A stretch of DNA of 64,000 nucleotides. Origin: Lama guanicoe (taxonomy: Eukaryota). The notes below the pieces were generated by a model that did not search any database, was not told the origin of the DNA, and saw nothing but the letters and a program-made list of their open reading frames with translations. The DNA lies in NCBI GenBank assembly GCA_013239625.1, contig MU053482.1:1029168-1093167 (forward strand), read 5' to 3'. A program made the position numbers and the translations under genes. Below are positions 22,186-34,662 of this stretch, in pieces (positions within the stretch are counted from its first letter, which is position 1; every line of letters begins with the position of its first letter).

Positions 22186-25100
22186 CACAATACCTTTTTT
22201 TGAGAAACGAACAAATACAATCATCTCAAATGATGCCAAAAAAGCATCTGGTTAAGTACAACATTATTCTCGATAATATCTTAGGAAACCAAAAAAGCCA
22301 CTGTCTTAGGATGTTAAGAATGCTGCTGATGATAGGAACAGTTACGTTATAACCAGTAATATCATTAATAAATAGTAATAATGATAATACATAATAGAAC
22401 TTAATGCCAGATATTGTTCTACGCTTTTCCTATAATAGCTCATTTAACACAGCAACCTTGACGCATGTTCTGGTATTATCTCCATTTTACAGAGGAGGAG
22501 TCCAAAGCATAGACACTTAGTCATTGACTCCATGCAGCTAGTAAGTCATGGTGCTGGAATTTGAACCAAGCATTCTGGATGCAAAGTCCACCCCATTGAT
22601 CCTACTGCTGTAATCTGGAGAATCTCATCTCAACTGGGCCCTCGGTGCTGCCTGATGCTTCTTCCCTGTCATGCGGCCTCTTCCTTGCCCTTCTCCCACT
22701 CCTCTGAAGCTCTGCCTCTACTCCCAACTTTCTACAGATAACTGTACTTCCTGCTTCTCAGAGAAAATCAAGACCATACAAAAAAGTGAATGGAACAAAA
22801 ACAAGGTAACTTGGCGGTATAGTATCTAGTAAAGGTGGCAGTTCAAATCAGTGGGGGAGAAAATGGATTATTCGGTAAATGGTGTTGGAATAATTGGCTC
22901 ACTATCTGATAAAAACACTATGTTCCTGCTCCACTCCCAAATACTTCTCTGTGGTTTAAATTTTACAAAAAAATAAAACTAAAAGTTTAAAGGAGATGAC
23001 AAGATAGGCATTTTATCATCAGGATACTCTGCATATAACAGAAAAACAGAATAACAGTGGCTTAAACATAGATGGTAAATTTAAGAATTCTCTTACACAG
23101 AGAGAGCTAGAGACAGGCTGCCCTGGGAGGCTGCAGGTAGTCCTAAGACCCAGGTTCCTTCTGTGTTTTTATTTTGCCTTGTTTACTGAATGGCTTCTAA
23201 CTCAGAGTCACTTCATGGACTAAAATGGCTGCTGAAATTCCAGCACTCACATTTGCATTCCTGGAAAAGACAAAAGACCCTACCTCCAACCTGAGCTTGT
23301 TGTTTTTAAATAACCTTTCTGGAAATGCCACTCTGCACTTGTGCTCTCATCTCATTGATCACAATGTAGTCAATGTGGCCTTGCTACAAGGAAAGTTGGG
23401 AAATGTAGTCTTTTGACTTATATTGTCATTCCAATACATGTTAAGTTTTGTGTTTTTCTTGGAAGAAGGAAAAATAGATATTGGTGGCATCTACCAGTTT
23501 CTGTCATATTTTCGGTAGATGAAGCTTTCCTTAGCATGACCCCAAGGTCAGCAGCTGTATAAGACAAGGTTGATGGATTTTGACAAACACAACAGCTACA
23601 GTTTTTTTTTCTTTTGCAAAAGGCATGATAAACAAAATGAAAACAAACCACAAAGTGGGACCAAATAATTGCAATGAATGACTATCAGTAAGAAACTTCA
23701 TTGTGCCTTTTGGAAAGTATTATTCTTTGGTTATTTTCTAACCAAATGTTAGAAAATACAGTAATGCATTATAGGCAGTGTTTAATCTTATGTATACTTT
23801 TTTAAAAGTCCATATTGACCTTTTAGCAAGAGGGAGCAGTATTTGTTTTGCATATGTTCATTTTAATTCTTTGCCCCTCAAAGGTACATTCTAGGCTCAT
23901 CTGTTAGATGCTACCCTGTATTAATACATGTAAAGTGATGGGTTATTTGATTTAGGACAGATTCATCTAGATTACCTGAATAGTCAATTAACTGCCATGG
24001 TGAAAATTATCTGCTTTCAGATTGTTAAGAACATCAAATCAGTAGCCATTCTCAGTTCTTCGCTTCATCAGGAAGTGAATTAAAGTGAAACCATTAGCGG
24101 TCATTTTCCTAAATACTAATCACTGAATTTCAAATCCCAGGAAAAGCTTTGCATGTTTTTAGTAGTTATTATAGACTGGAATGTTTTTAACTGAGTTCAG
24201 GACTTCAGGACATCGGGAGGGTGTCATTGTTTCTGGCCAGATTACTTAGATAACCATAATCCTTCATAACTTTCTGTTAATATCTCTTGATTAACAAGCA
24301 GGTTGGAGCCAAGTGATTTTGTCTATTTGGTATCCTTGGTAACCACTGTTAGATGATAAGTTGAATCAATTTAAATTGATTTCTTATAAAAATCTGCTTC
24401 CATGAGAAAGCATTGGTTTTGATGCTTATATGCACAAGACATATATTTATATCATCAGATGTGGAGAATATTTGTAGATTAAAATCTACAAAGTCTAAGA
24501 AATTCAGAAAATGGGGAAGATGAGGGAAGGCTGCAAGGGCCCTGCTGTTAAGACTCTGCTTCTACCTGGTGATGGAAAACTTATGTAAAAGAAGGAACCT
24601 GAGGCAAAATAGCCACTATGTGAGCTTTTATTCAGTGAAGGAATAGCCTTCCTTCCCTTGCATCTGGGAGTGTTGTCATGACAAAGCTATTTTGTTGTTA
24701 TAGAAGTTTGGGAAAAGATAGAGGACACCTTTTTCCAATAAAAAGTAACACAGTATATATTTTAGCTCCAAGCACATTTTTAATGTCAATGTAGGAAGCA
24801 TTTTCCTTTGGTCCTGATAGGTGCCTTAACTGAGGCTGGTATCTACTGCACACCATGTGTTTCCAGAAATTACTACACACCATGCATTTCCAGAAATTAC
24901 CTTTTTAGGGGTATTACTAGAATGTGGAAAAGCCAGTGCTAGACTGTAGCAGGGGCCAGGACTGCTCATTGGTGGAATAAGCACTCCCATCCCCACATTT
25001 GGAGCCTATAGCAAAGGGTGGGCTAGAACCACCACTGTACAGATGTGCCCTCGGCCCCTGCAAGCCACAGATTTCCCCAGGGGAGCGCTGGGAAGAAATG

Positions 25101-25928
25101 GATAGTCCTGATTTCAGTTCTACATAGGATTTTGGCTGCTGCTGACTTCAGATACTCTGCTTGCTCTCAGAGGAACTGCAAGATAGAAATTTAAAGGAAA
25201 AAAAGGCAGGAGCTGAGCTATAACAACGTAAGTCACAGCTCCATTTATAAGATTAGGTGCTTAGAGCCGTTTTTACCATCAAATCTACCTGTTCTACAGT
25301 TAAATGCTTCCTACGTGAACACTTCCAGGACAAAGCATAGATCCTGGGCAGTCCATGTAGACTGAGTTAAAAGACTGCTTCACCACTTACTAGCTTTAAA
25401 ACATAGGGATAGACACCTCAGCTCTTGGTGTCTCAGTTTTCCCATTTGCAAAATGAGATAATGATGTTTATAAGGGAACTTTAAGGTACAAATGAGATCA
25501 TGGATTTGGGACAGGGTCTGGCACTTACTCAATGCTGGTTCCCTTGTTATTCCTCTTGGGGAAGATTTTTCTGAGTTTCACAAAAATCTGCTCAAGTCAC
25601 TCCTTCCCCATCCTTTATTTTTGCTTTCTTTTGCTTCTTCCATTAAGCTCTCCTCCTGTTTTCCACCCATCTTCTGGAGCCCTACTCCATCATTGTTTTC
25701 TCTCTTCTTCCTTCATCTTATCCCCTTTGGATTCATTTTATCCTCCAAACTTGTTATTGGCTCTTTTCTGCTGCTCTTTATAAGTGAGAAGGTAATGTAA
25801 TCTAGCTACTACATTATTAAACAATCATGTGCTGAACGCTATGCTTGCTGCTGGAGCTATTGTGAGGGAGAAAGACATGGTCCCTATCCTCAAGAAGGTT
25901 ACCTTCTAGTGGAGGACATAGACAAGTC

Positions 25929-26245
25929 CAGTGGCCCCTCGGTATCTGCAGGTTCTGCATCCATGGATTCAACCAACCGAGCATGGAAAGTTTTTCTTTT
26001 TAATTCCAGGAAGTTCCAAAACACGAAACTTGAATTTGTGTGAGCCAGTAACTATTTACATAGCATTTACATTGTGTTAGGCATCATAAGTGACCTACAG
26101 ATAATTTGAAGTGTATAGAAGGATGTGCGTAGGTTAAATGCAAATACTAAACCCATTTTATATAAAGGGCTTGAACATCCATGGATTTTGGTATCTGGTG
26201 GGGGGGTCATAGAACCAGCCCCCTTTGGATACCCAGGGATGATTG
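25929..26245. mobile_element. Tigger3/MER2-type TcMar non-autonomous transposon
   Basis: Terminal inverted repeats cagtggcccctcggtatc / gatacccagggatgattg|ta. Internal tatttacatagcatttacattgtgttagg. Confidence 0.75.
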
Positions 26246-28479
26246 TAAACAGGCAGTTACAATTCAGTGCATTAAGGGATGGTGTAGTATGTTATGGAAG
26301 CACATAGGAGGACACCTAACTCAAACCTGGCAGGAGTGGTCTCAAAACTGGCTTCCCCGGAGAAGAAATAAACAAACTGACATGTTATGGAAATGAGAGT
26401 TCAAGCAGAGCATTCAGAGGAAGAGTTTTTAGTAAAGAAAGCATATCCAGAGGCTCTAATTCTTGAAGTGGTGCCTGACCTTGGGGAGCCTGAATGAGTT
26501 TAGGATTGGTGGAGTTGAATTTAGGGGTTAGAGTGGTGATGAGAGGTAAAGTCAGAGGGAGAAGTAGGGGTCTTGTTAAGACTTTGAACTTTATCCTAAT
26601 AGTAAGAGTCATCTGTTTTAAGATAGAATCCTCAGGGCATGGAGTACAATAGGAGGGAAGTATAAAGGAAATCCGAGGTTTCTGACTTAAGCAACTAGGT
26701 CATACAGAATACGGAAGAAGGAGCAGGTTGAAGGAATGATAGAGACTGAGTTGGGTTTTAGATATGTGTGTTTGAGATATGTAGTAGTTGTGAATATGGG
26801 TCTAAAATGAAAAAGCAATTTCAAATCTTAGTTGGAAATTGTGATAGTGATTGCCTTTGTTATTCCCAACCGTTTTCTTGTATGTGCATGTTTTGTTTTT
26901 GTCTTTGTTTTCTGTTTTTGGCATGATTATGGTCCTTCTGCCTGTCCTTACGTTTTGGTGTGCATAGTGGGGTAATGGTGGGTCAATTATATGTATCCCA
27001 AGAGGGATCGAAGTGTAAGAAGAACAAAATTGAGGTGGAGGAGACAGCCCAGCATGCATTTCCTGTGAAGGAAATTAGAATAAAATAGTGTTCAGCCTCT
27101 GGTATCATAGAAATTGTTTACAGGCACTTGGGGGTTGGCGTCTTTCCAAGAAGCAGGAGTGCCATTTTGAGAGTCCCCTGGCCAGAAACATGGGCTGATG
27201 GTGGTCCCAAGGGAAGTATATGAATGAGGGTTTGGGAATGAGTGGTAAGTAAACTCTTATCCTGCCTAAATTCAATCTCCAAGATGAGAGATGTCTCTAA
27301 CTCAGCTAATTTCATTTGAAAAACAATCATGGTTTTGTTATTGCTGAATTTATCTAAAAATGTTTGGAATCTATCTTTATTTCTGGCTTGTATGCCCTTT
27401 GAGATAAAGTCCTCTGATAAGTTTATTACCTGCTGGGCTATGCAGAGCTGCCTTTGATTACTCAAAGCCTGACTTCTCTTTTTCTTCCCATGCTCTCTAA
27501 CCTGGTATTTCAGGATTTGTTGACCAATTCTATGCTTCTGTAATTTACACCAGTCATGACTGTGTAATCTTTGATCATACCTTCATATTTTCATGATGTT
27601 AGTTTGTTTGGTTAGTTTTTCCCTACACAGCTGGGCTCTTGTCTCCATCACTTTGGGCTTTCCCTTTCTTCACCACTCACATCCCACCTGATGCACAGGA
27701 CTGGACCTGACTTTGAACTTCTGGGGCAGATGCCCTATGGTATACATGTAAGAATGAGGAGTTTTCCCTACAGGATGCACCAGCCACACATGAGGCCACC
27801 TTCTCAGGACACCTGACAGAGGCTTCCTGACCCCTTCTTCATGGCCAGGACCCTCAACTCACAAACATCATTTATTTGCTTACAGTGTCTTCCGACACAC
27901 CTGATCCCTCACACAGATTTGGGAGAGCTTCCTAAATGTTCTTCTCATCCACTGGAGTGAGGAATGCTGGGTGATCTAACAGCTCCATCCTGGCCCTGTA
28001 AAGTACAGGTCACTGGCTGGAATTCATTCTTAGGAGGCCGGGCTGCACAAAACCAGCTGGCAAAGGGTGTCTGGCCCTTGCTCCAGTTCAGGGCACCCCC
28101 ACCCCTGCTGCCAGCTTTGCCCCAGCTGACTTCTCCTGACGCTTCAGCTGCTGGGCTTAGCTGGCGTGGATGTTCTCCCGAACGCCCATCTCCGAATGAT
28201 CTCACTCTCTTCACAGCCTCACTTCTCATAAGATGTCTTATATTGCTGGGTTTCCTCCTCATCTTCAGACCGCTGTCATCCAATTCCCACACCTACCACT
28301 CCTCTGAGGCCGCTCTAACGACAGTCATCAGTGTCCTGCTGATTGCTACTCCCAGCGGGCCACGTTTCAGCTATTGGAGTGCCGCTCCTTTTGAAGCGAC
28401 GATCACTGCTTCTTTTTCTCTTGAATTTTGCAACATGGAATCTCATTCTTCATCTTCTCCTTCCTGGGTTTCTATTCTT

Positions 28480-29050
28480 CTGTGTGTCCCTTAAATGTTG
28501 GTGTGTCTTAATTAACTAGCTTGGCCACTGCTTTCTCACTTTTTGCACTTTTGCACCCCAAGTCGTCCCCTCCAGCCTCCAGTATGCTGATGGTTCCAAA
28601 CCCACCTTCCAGCGCAGCCTCTGCTGAGCTTCAGACCTGTATATTTAACTGCCTCCTGAATGTCTCCATCTGGATAGACCAAAGTCACCTCAAATTCAAC
28701 ATATCCCAAACTGAAGTCATCCTTCTGGCTATTACTCTAGATGGTCTTCTGCCTGAAATCTTCCTCCCAAAGTCCCACAAGGCTCACCACTCTCTTCACT
28801 GAGTCTCTCTGCTCCATCAGACCTTCTCAGAAAGGCCCTATATGTACTTGTTTTTCCCCTGGGTTTATTTTTCTTCGGAGGACACACATCTGAACTTGTA
28901 TGATAGATTTTTTTTTACTTGTTTAATGTTTGCCTCCCTCTATTAGAATGCAGGCTCTACTTCTCTGTCTAGTTCACTATGATGTTTATAGTATATTGGC
29001 CAATTTCTGGAACATAATAGGTGCCCAAATATTAAGTGAATGAATAAATC
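28480..29050 (+). mobile_element. L2 LINE fragments
   Basis: cagacctgtatatttaactgcctcctgaatgtctccatctggat ... cacctcaaattcaacatatcccaaactgaa, ending in the L2 tail aagtgaatgaataaat. Confidence 0.65.
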
Positions 29051-29087
29051 ATCCCCTCAACCCCAGACTGATTTCTGTCTTTTTTAT

Positions 29088-30857
29088 TTTTTTAACATTT
29101 TTTATTAATTTATAATCATTTTACAATGTTGTGTCAAATTCCAGTGTTCAGCACAATTTTTCAGTCATACATGGACATATACACACTCATTGTCACATTT
29201 TTTTCTCTGTGAGCTACCATAATGTTTTGTGTATATTTCCCTGTGCTATACAGTATAATCTTGTTTATCTATTCTACAATTTTGAAATCCCAATCTATCC
29301 CTTCCCACCCTCCGCCCCCCTGGCAACCATAAGTCTGTATTCTCTATGAGTCTATTTCTGTCCTGTATTTACGCTTTGTTTTTGTTTGTTTGTTTGTTTT
29401 TTAGATTCCACATATGAGCGATCTCATATGGTATTTTTCTTTCTCTTTCTGGCTTACTTCACTTAGAATGACATTCTCCAGGAGCATCCATGTTGTTGCA
29501 AATGGTGTTATGTTGTCAGTTTTTATGGCTGAGTAGTATTCCATTGTATAAATATACCACTTCTTCTTTATCCAGTCACCTGTTGATGGGCATTTAGGCT
29601 GTTTCCATGTTTTGGCTATTGTAAATAGTGCTGCTATGAACATTGGGGTTCAGGTGTCATCCTGAAGTAGGGTTCCTTCTGGATACAAGTCCAGGAGCGG
29701 GATTCCTGGGTCATACGGTAAGTCTATTCCTAGTCTTTTGAGGAATCTCCATACTGTTTTCCATAGTGGCTGCACCAAACTGCATTCCCACCAGCAGTGT
29801 AGGAGGGTTCCCCTTTCTCCACAGCCTCTCCAGCATTTGTCATTTGTGGATTTTTGAATGACGGCCATTCTGACTGGTGTGAGGTGATACCTCATTGTAG
29901 TTTTGGTTTGCATTTCTCTGATAATTAGTGATATTGAGCATTTTTTCATGTGCCTTTTGATCATTTGTATGTCTTCCTTGGAGAATTGCTTGTTTAGATC
30001 TGACCATTTTTGGATTGGGTTGTTTATTTGTTTTCTTATTGAGTCGTATGAGCTGCTTATATATTCTGGAGATCAAGCCTTTGTCGGTTTCATTTGCAAA
30101 AATTTTCTCCCATTCCATAGGTTACCTTCTTGTTTTACTTATGGTTTCCTTTGCTGTGCAAAAGCTTGTAAGTTTCATTAGGTCCCATTTGTTTATTCTT
30201 GCTTTTATTTCTACTAGGAGAAAATTTTTGAACTGTATGTCAGATAATGTTTTGCCTATGTTTTCCTCTAGGAGGTTTATTGTATCTTGTCTTATGTTTA
30301 AGTCTTTAATCCATTTTGAGTTGATTTTTGTATATGGTGTAAGGGAGTGTTCTAGCTTCATTGTTTTACATGCTGCTGTCCAGTTTTCCCAACACCATTT
30401 GCTGAAGAGACTGTCTTTATTCCATTGTATATTCTTGGCTCCTTTGTCGAAGATTAGTTGACCAAAAGTGTGTGGGTTCATTTCTGGGCTCTCTATTCTG
30501 TTCCATTGGTCTATATGTCTGTTTTGGTACCAATACCATGCTGTCTTGATGACTGTAACAAATAGAATCCAACAACACATAAAAAAGATTATACATCATG
30601 ATCAAGTGGGATTCATCCCAGGGACACAAAGGTGGTTCAACATACGCAAATCAATCAATGTAATACATCACATCAACATGAGAAAGGACAAAAACCACAT
30701 GATTATCTCAATCGATGCAGAAAAAGCGTTTGATAAAATTCAACACCCATTTATGATAAAAACTCTCGCCAAAGTGGGTATAGAGGGAACATATCTCAAC
30801 ATAATAAAAGCTATATATGACAAACCTACAGCCAGCATAGTACTAAATGGTGAAAAA
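29088..30857 (-). mobile_element. Young LINE-1 insertion with 5' inversion (minus-strand 3' part 29088-30557, plus-strand inverted RT piece 30558-30857)
   Basis: Minus-strand ORF2 peptides ([57 protein letters not shown]) switch to plus-strand [21 protein letters not shown]...LNGEKL. 13-bp TSD ctgtcttttttat at 29075-29087 and 30858-30870. Confidence 0.92.
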
Positions 30858-31079
30858 CTGTCTTTTTTATCTTGATGGGAGACACTACCTTAAACCCCAG
30901 TCACTTACGTCAGAAACTTGAGTGTAATTCCAGAAACATCTTACTATTACCACATCTCTGCCCTGCTTCATCCAACAGTCACCAGTTCCAGCCAGTTTTT
31001 TCTTATAATTGTTTCTCAGATCTGTCTCCCAGCTCCATTCATATGATTACCACCTCATTTCAGGCCCCCAAACCTCTTT

Positions 31080-31800
31080 CTGGGAAAAGGAAATCACTGT
31101 ACACTATTGGTGGGAATGTTAATTGGTGCAGCCATAATGGAAAACAATATGGAGGTTCCTCAAAATCTAAAAATAGAAATACCATATAACCCAGCAATTC
31201 CACTCCTGGGTATATATCTGGAGAAAACAAAAATACTAATTTGAAAAGATACATGCACCTCAATGTTCATAGCAGCATATTTACAACAGCAGAGATATAG
31301 AAGATACCTCAGTGTTCATCAACAGGTGAATGGATAAAGATGTGGTGTACAGTGGAGTACTACTCAGCCATAAAAAGGAATGAAACGTTGCCATATGCAA
31401 CAACATGGTAGACCTAGAGGATATTCTGCTTAGTGACATTAGTCAGACAGACAAAGACAGATACTCTATGTTATCACTGACATGGAATCTAAAAAAACAA
31501 AAAAAAATGAATGTATATAACAAGACAGAACAGACTTACAGATACAGAGAACAAACTGGTGGTTACAAGTGGGGAGAGGGAAGGGAGAAGGGGCAGGAGA
31601 GGGGTATGGGATTAAGAGGCACAAACTAGTATGCATAAAGTAGATAAGCAACAAGGACGCATAGTGCAGCCCAGGGAACTATAGCCATTATTTTGTAGGA
31701 ACTTGAAATGGAGTATAATCTAGAAAAATGTTGAGTCATTTTGTTGTGTACCTAAAACTAATATAATATTGTAAATCAACTATACTTCAATTTTTTAAAA
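31080..31800 (+). mobile_element. LINE-1 3' end (ORF2 tail and 3' UTR)
   Basis: tacactattggtgggaatgttaattggtgcagcc ... atattgtaaatcaactatacttcaat. A short 3' tip of the same family lies at ~51770-51855. Confidence 0.85.
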
Positions 31801-33779
31801 ATCTCTCTTCAATATTATTGGAGCTCCTAATGTGCTTCCTGCCCTCTGTTCTTAACCACCCAAACTGAGCCTCTGCAGAAGCCAGAGTGGTCTTCCTAGC
31901 AGATCTGATCCTGCTACTTTTTTTTATAAAACTCTTCAGCATCCCAATCAGCCAAAGGATCCAGTCCCAGCTCCTTAGCCACATATAAGAGAGCAGTGCA
32001 GTCACATGCTAGGCCCTCTCTTGGTTTACATGAGCAGTGGGCTGTGCTGTGCACACTGGCCTCTGTACTTAAGCTGTCCTCCAGCCTCGAATGGCTCTCC
32101 TTGTCCTCCTGTTACCTATCTTCCAGTGGATTCTTCCTAATCATGCTTTTAATACTTGCCTTGGAGTTTCTTTCACCTGGATTCTCTGTGCTATTTTCCC
32201 TATCACTGGACCTGGACTTTAACACATTCTCTGTTCCTGCATCTGCCTCCTTCGTTTGATTGTGAATGCTTTGATGGAAAGAACTGTGTTTTATTCATCT
32301 TTCTATTCCCCTCATCTGACCCAGTGACTGAAGCGTAATGAGTACTTGATAAATGTTTAAATAGATGAAAAAAATGAATGACTCACCTGTCTAGAAGGAT
32401 GTTTCTGGCCGAAGTCTGGCCACTGTCATCAAGTTATGGCACAGAATAGCATTTTCAAAACCTGGAAGATATTAGTGCAAAAAGGGAGTTCCTTGTGTGC
32501 TCTGTACTACAGAACATTCTGCTTACACTTGTCAGAAAGTGCCCATGTCTTGCCTTCCCTGTGGTCCCATTAAAACCAAAGATCAACTTAACAATAAGTG
32601 AAAAGAAAAAAGAAAGACCAGTAGAAGACTATATCCATTGGCTTCTGGGTCTTATGAATCTGAAGGGTTTTCTCCAACAAGAGTGGAAGGACTTTTTTTT
32701 CTATAGTAAAATAATTGTGTTGTTATTATAATATGTATTGTTTCAGGCACATGGACAGTATGGCTTAGAGGATAATTTCTTAATGACTTAGTGAGTGCTT
32801 TGTTGAAAGTTACTACTCTTCCCCCTAGAGTACATACTTGGTTTGAGTTTTCAATGTGAAAACAAATATTTCTGTTGCAGAACTTTATCACTACTGTTGA
32901 AATTTACGCCCAGACTGTTGTGAGTTGAACATTTCTGTCTCAGTGGCATGTAAAGATTCACTAAGAAAGGCATGGTGCCAATGATGCTGTAAACTCATTC
33001 AAAGCTAGGAATGCTGCACATTACTTAAATGGCAGAGAAAAGCCAGACCCAAGCTGAGGTAAGTGCTTGAGTCTGCACAGTGGTTTCACTGTGTTTTACT
33101 GAGCTCCAGGAATCTGCAACATCATCCTGGCTATGCTTAGACCCAAGGGTTGGAAATGAAACTGCCCCTCACTCCCCCAGGAACCAGAGCAACAACACTA
33201 GCATCCGGTTTATAGAGGGTGATTCTTTCTCATATAATTTCACTTGATGTTACATTTGACTTGACTTCACTGAATATGGCTGGACCTGTGTCCTCTAATA
33301 TAGGAACATTTTTAAAAGAATAAAACAAAGTGTAATTTCATATAATCAGATTCCAGAGAGCAGAAGAGGAATGACAAACATAAGGGATCTTTTAGATCTC
33401 TTAAATCTTTTAGATTCTCACATTCTAACTCTTAAAAGTGGAGAAGAAGAGGACAGCACCATCTTGGAAACTAGTGCTGATGAGCACAAGTTTAAAGGGT
33501 GATGGGCACACAAACGAGGGGGCCGGGCAAATGCACATCTAGGAACTTTCAAGGGCACATGCCATGAAGACGGTTTCAGGAATGCCAATGGCAGGAATTG
33601 GTTCTTTGGAAACATCCAAATAATGAGAAATATATTATTTTAATTTCTGATCAAACCAAGAAGGAAGACATCTCCCTGCCTGATGAAAGCGAGTGATAAC
33701 AGATGCCAGGAGACATCCAGTAGAGGTGGGAGCAATGCCAGCAGCTAGAGTTGGGCACGTGGCCCAGTCCTCACAGCAG

Positions 33780-33930
33780 AGGATATGTGGAATCTAGAAA
33801 TTCAAGGCTTATAGCTTGGTGTCCATCCCTGGCAAAGTCCTAAGCCAAGTTAGCAGATGGTTTGTGAGCACCTAAAACTGAAAAGGTGCCCCAGAGTTGG
33901 CTTTTTTAAACCAAGTCATAGTAAATTTTG
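33780..33930 (+). mobile_element. L3/CR1 LINE RT remnant
   Basis: agcttggtgtccatccctggcaaagtccta ... cagatggtttgtgagcacctaaaa matches the recalled L3 RT consensus. Confidence 0.5.
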
Positions 33931-34161
33931 TGTGCTTCCATTATTGGCAAAGCCACTCTCAACTTCAAGATTTTTCATGAGGCTGCTTATGATAATCAAC
34001 ATGAGTCCTTTTTCTCACTGGGCACAAGGAAACTGAGTTGGTGAAAGGGTCGGTGAGGTGAGGTTCATGTCAGTTGAACAGAAAAGCCAGCGAGACAGAA
34101 AGCTTCCTCCTTGGGGCCAGCTTGATGAAGATGCTGGTGTCTGCTTAAGAAAGGAGTGGGG

Positions 34162-34662
34162 AATCAATGTGATACATCACATCAACAAGAGAAAGGACAA
34201 AAACCACATGATCATCTCAATAGATGCAGAAAAAGCTTTTGATAAAATTCAACACCGATTTATGATAAAAACTCTCACCAAAATGGGTATAGAGGGAACA
34301 TATCTTAACATAATAAAAGGTATATACGACAAACCTACAGCCAGCATAGTACTCAATGGTGAAAAACTCAAAAGCTTCCCACAAAAATTTGGGACAAGAC
34401 AAGGCTGCCCACTGTCACCACTCCTATTCAGCATAGTCTTGGAAGTCCTAGCCACAGCAATCAGGCAAGAGAGAGAAATAAAAGGGATCCAAATTGGAAA
34501 AGAAGAGGTAAAAGTGTCATTAATATGCAGATTACATTATGCTATATATAGAAAACCCTAAAAGGTCCACACAAAAACTACTAGAGCTGATCAAAGGATT
34601 CAGCAAGGTAGCAGGTTACCAGATTAACATTGAAAAATCAGTTGTATTTCTTTACGCTAACG
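34162..34662 (+). mobile_element. Internal LINE-1 ORF2 RT-domain fragment without 3' UTR or poly(A), flanked by a 15-bp TSD
   Basis: [30 protein letters not shown]...[12 protein letters not shown]..., frameshifted at the YADD-equivalent motif. Flanks aagaaaggagtgggg (34147-34161) and aagaaaggcgtgggg (34663-34677). Confidence 0.9.

Larger units (their letters stand above)
19700..23680 (+). mobile_element. Ancient LINE-1 ORF2, fragmented by nested insertions
   Basis: A-rich degenerate ORF2 pieces in colinear order (~19700-20780, ~21110-21330, ~22210-22290, ~22790-23000, ~23510-23680), separated by younger L1, MIR and LTR-like inserts. Confidence 0.55.
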
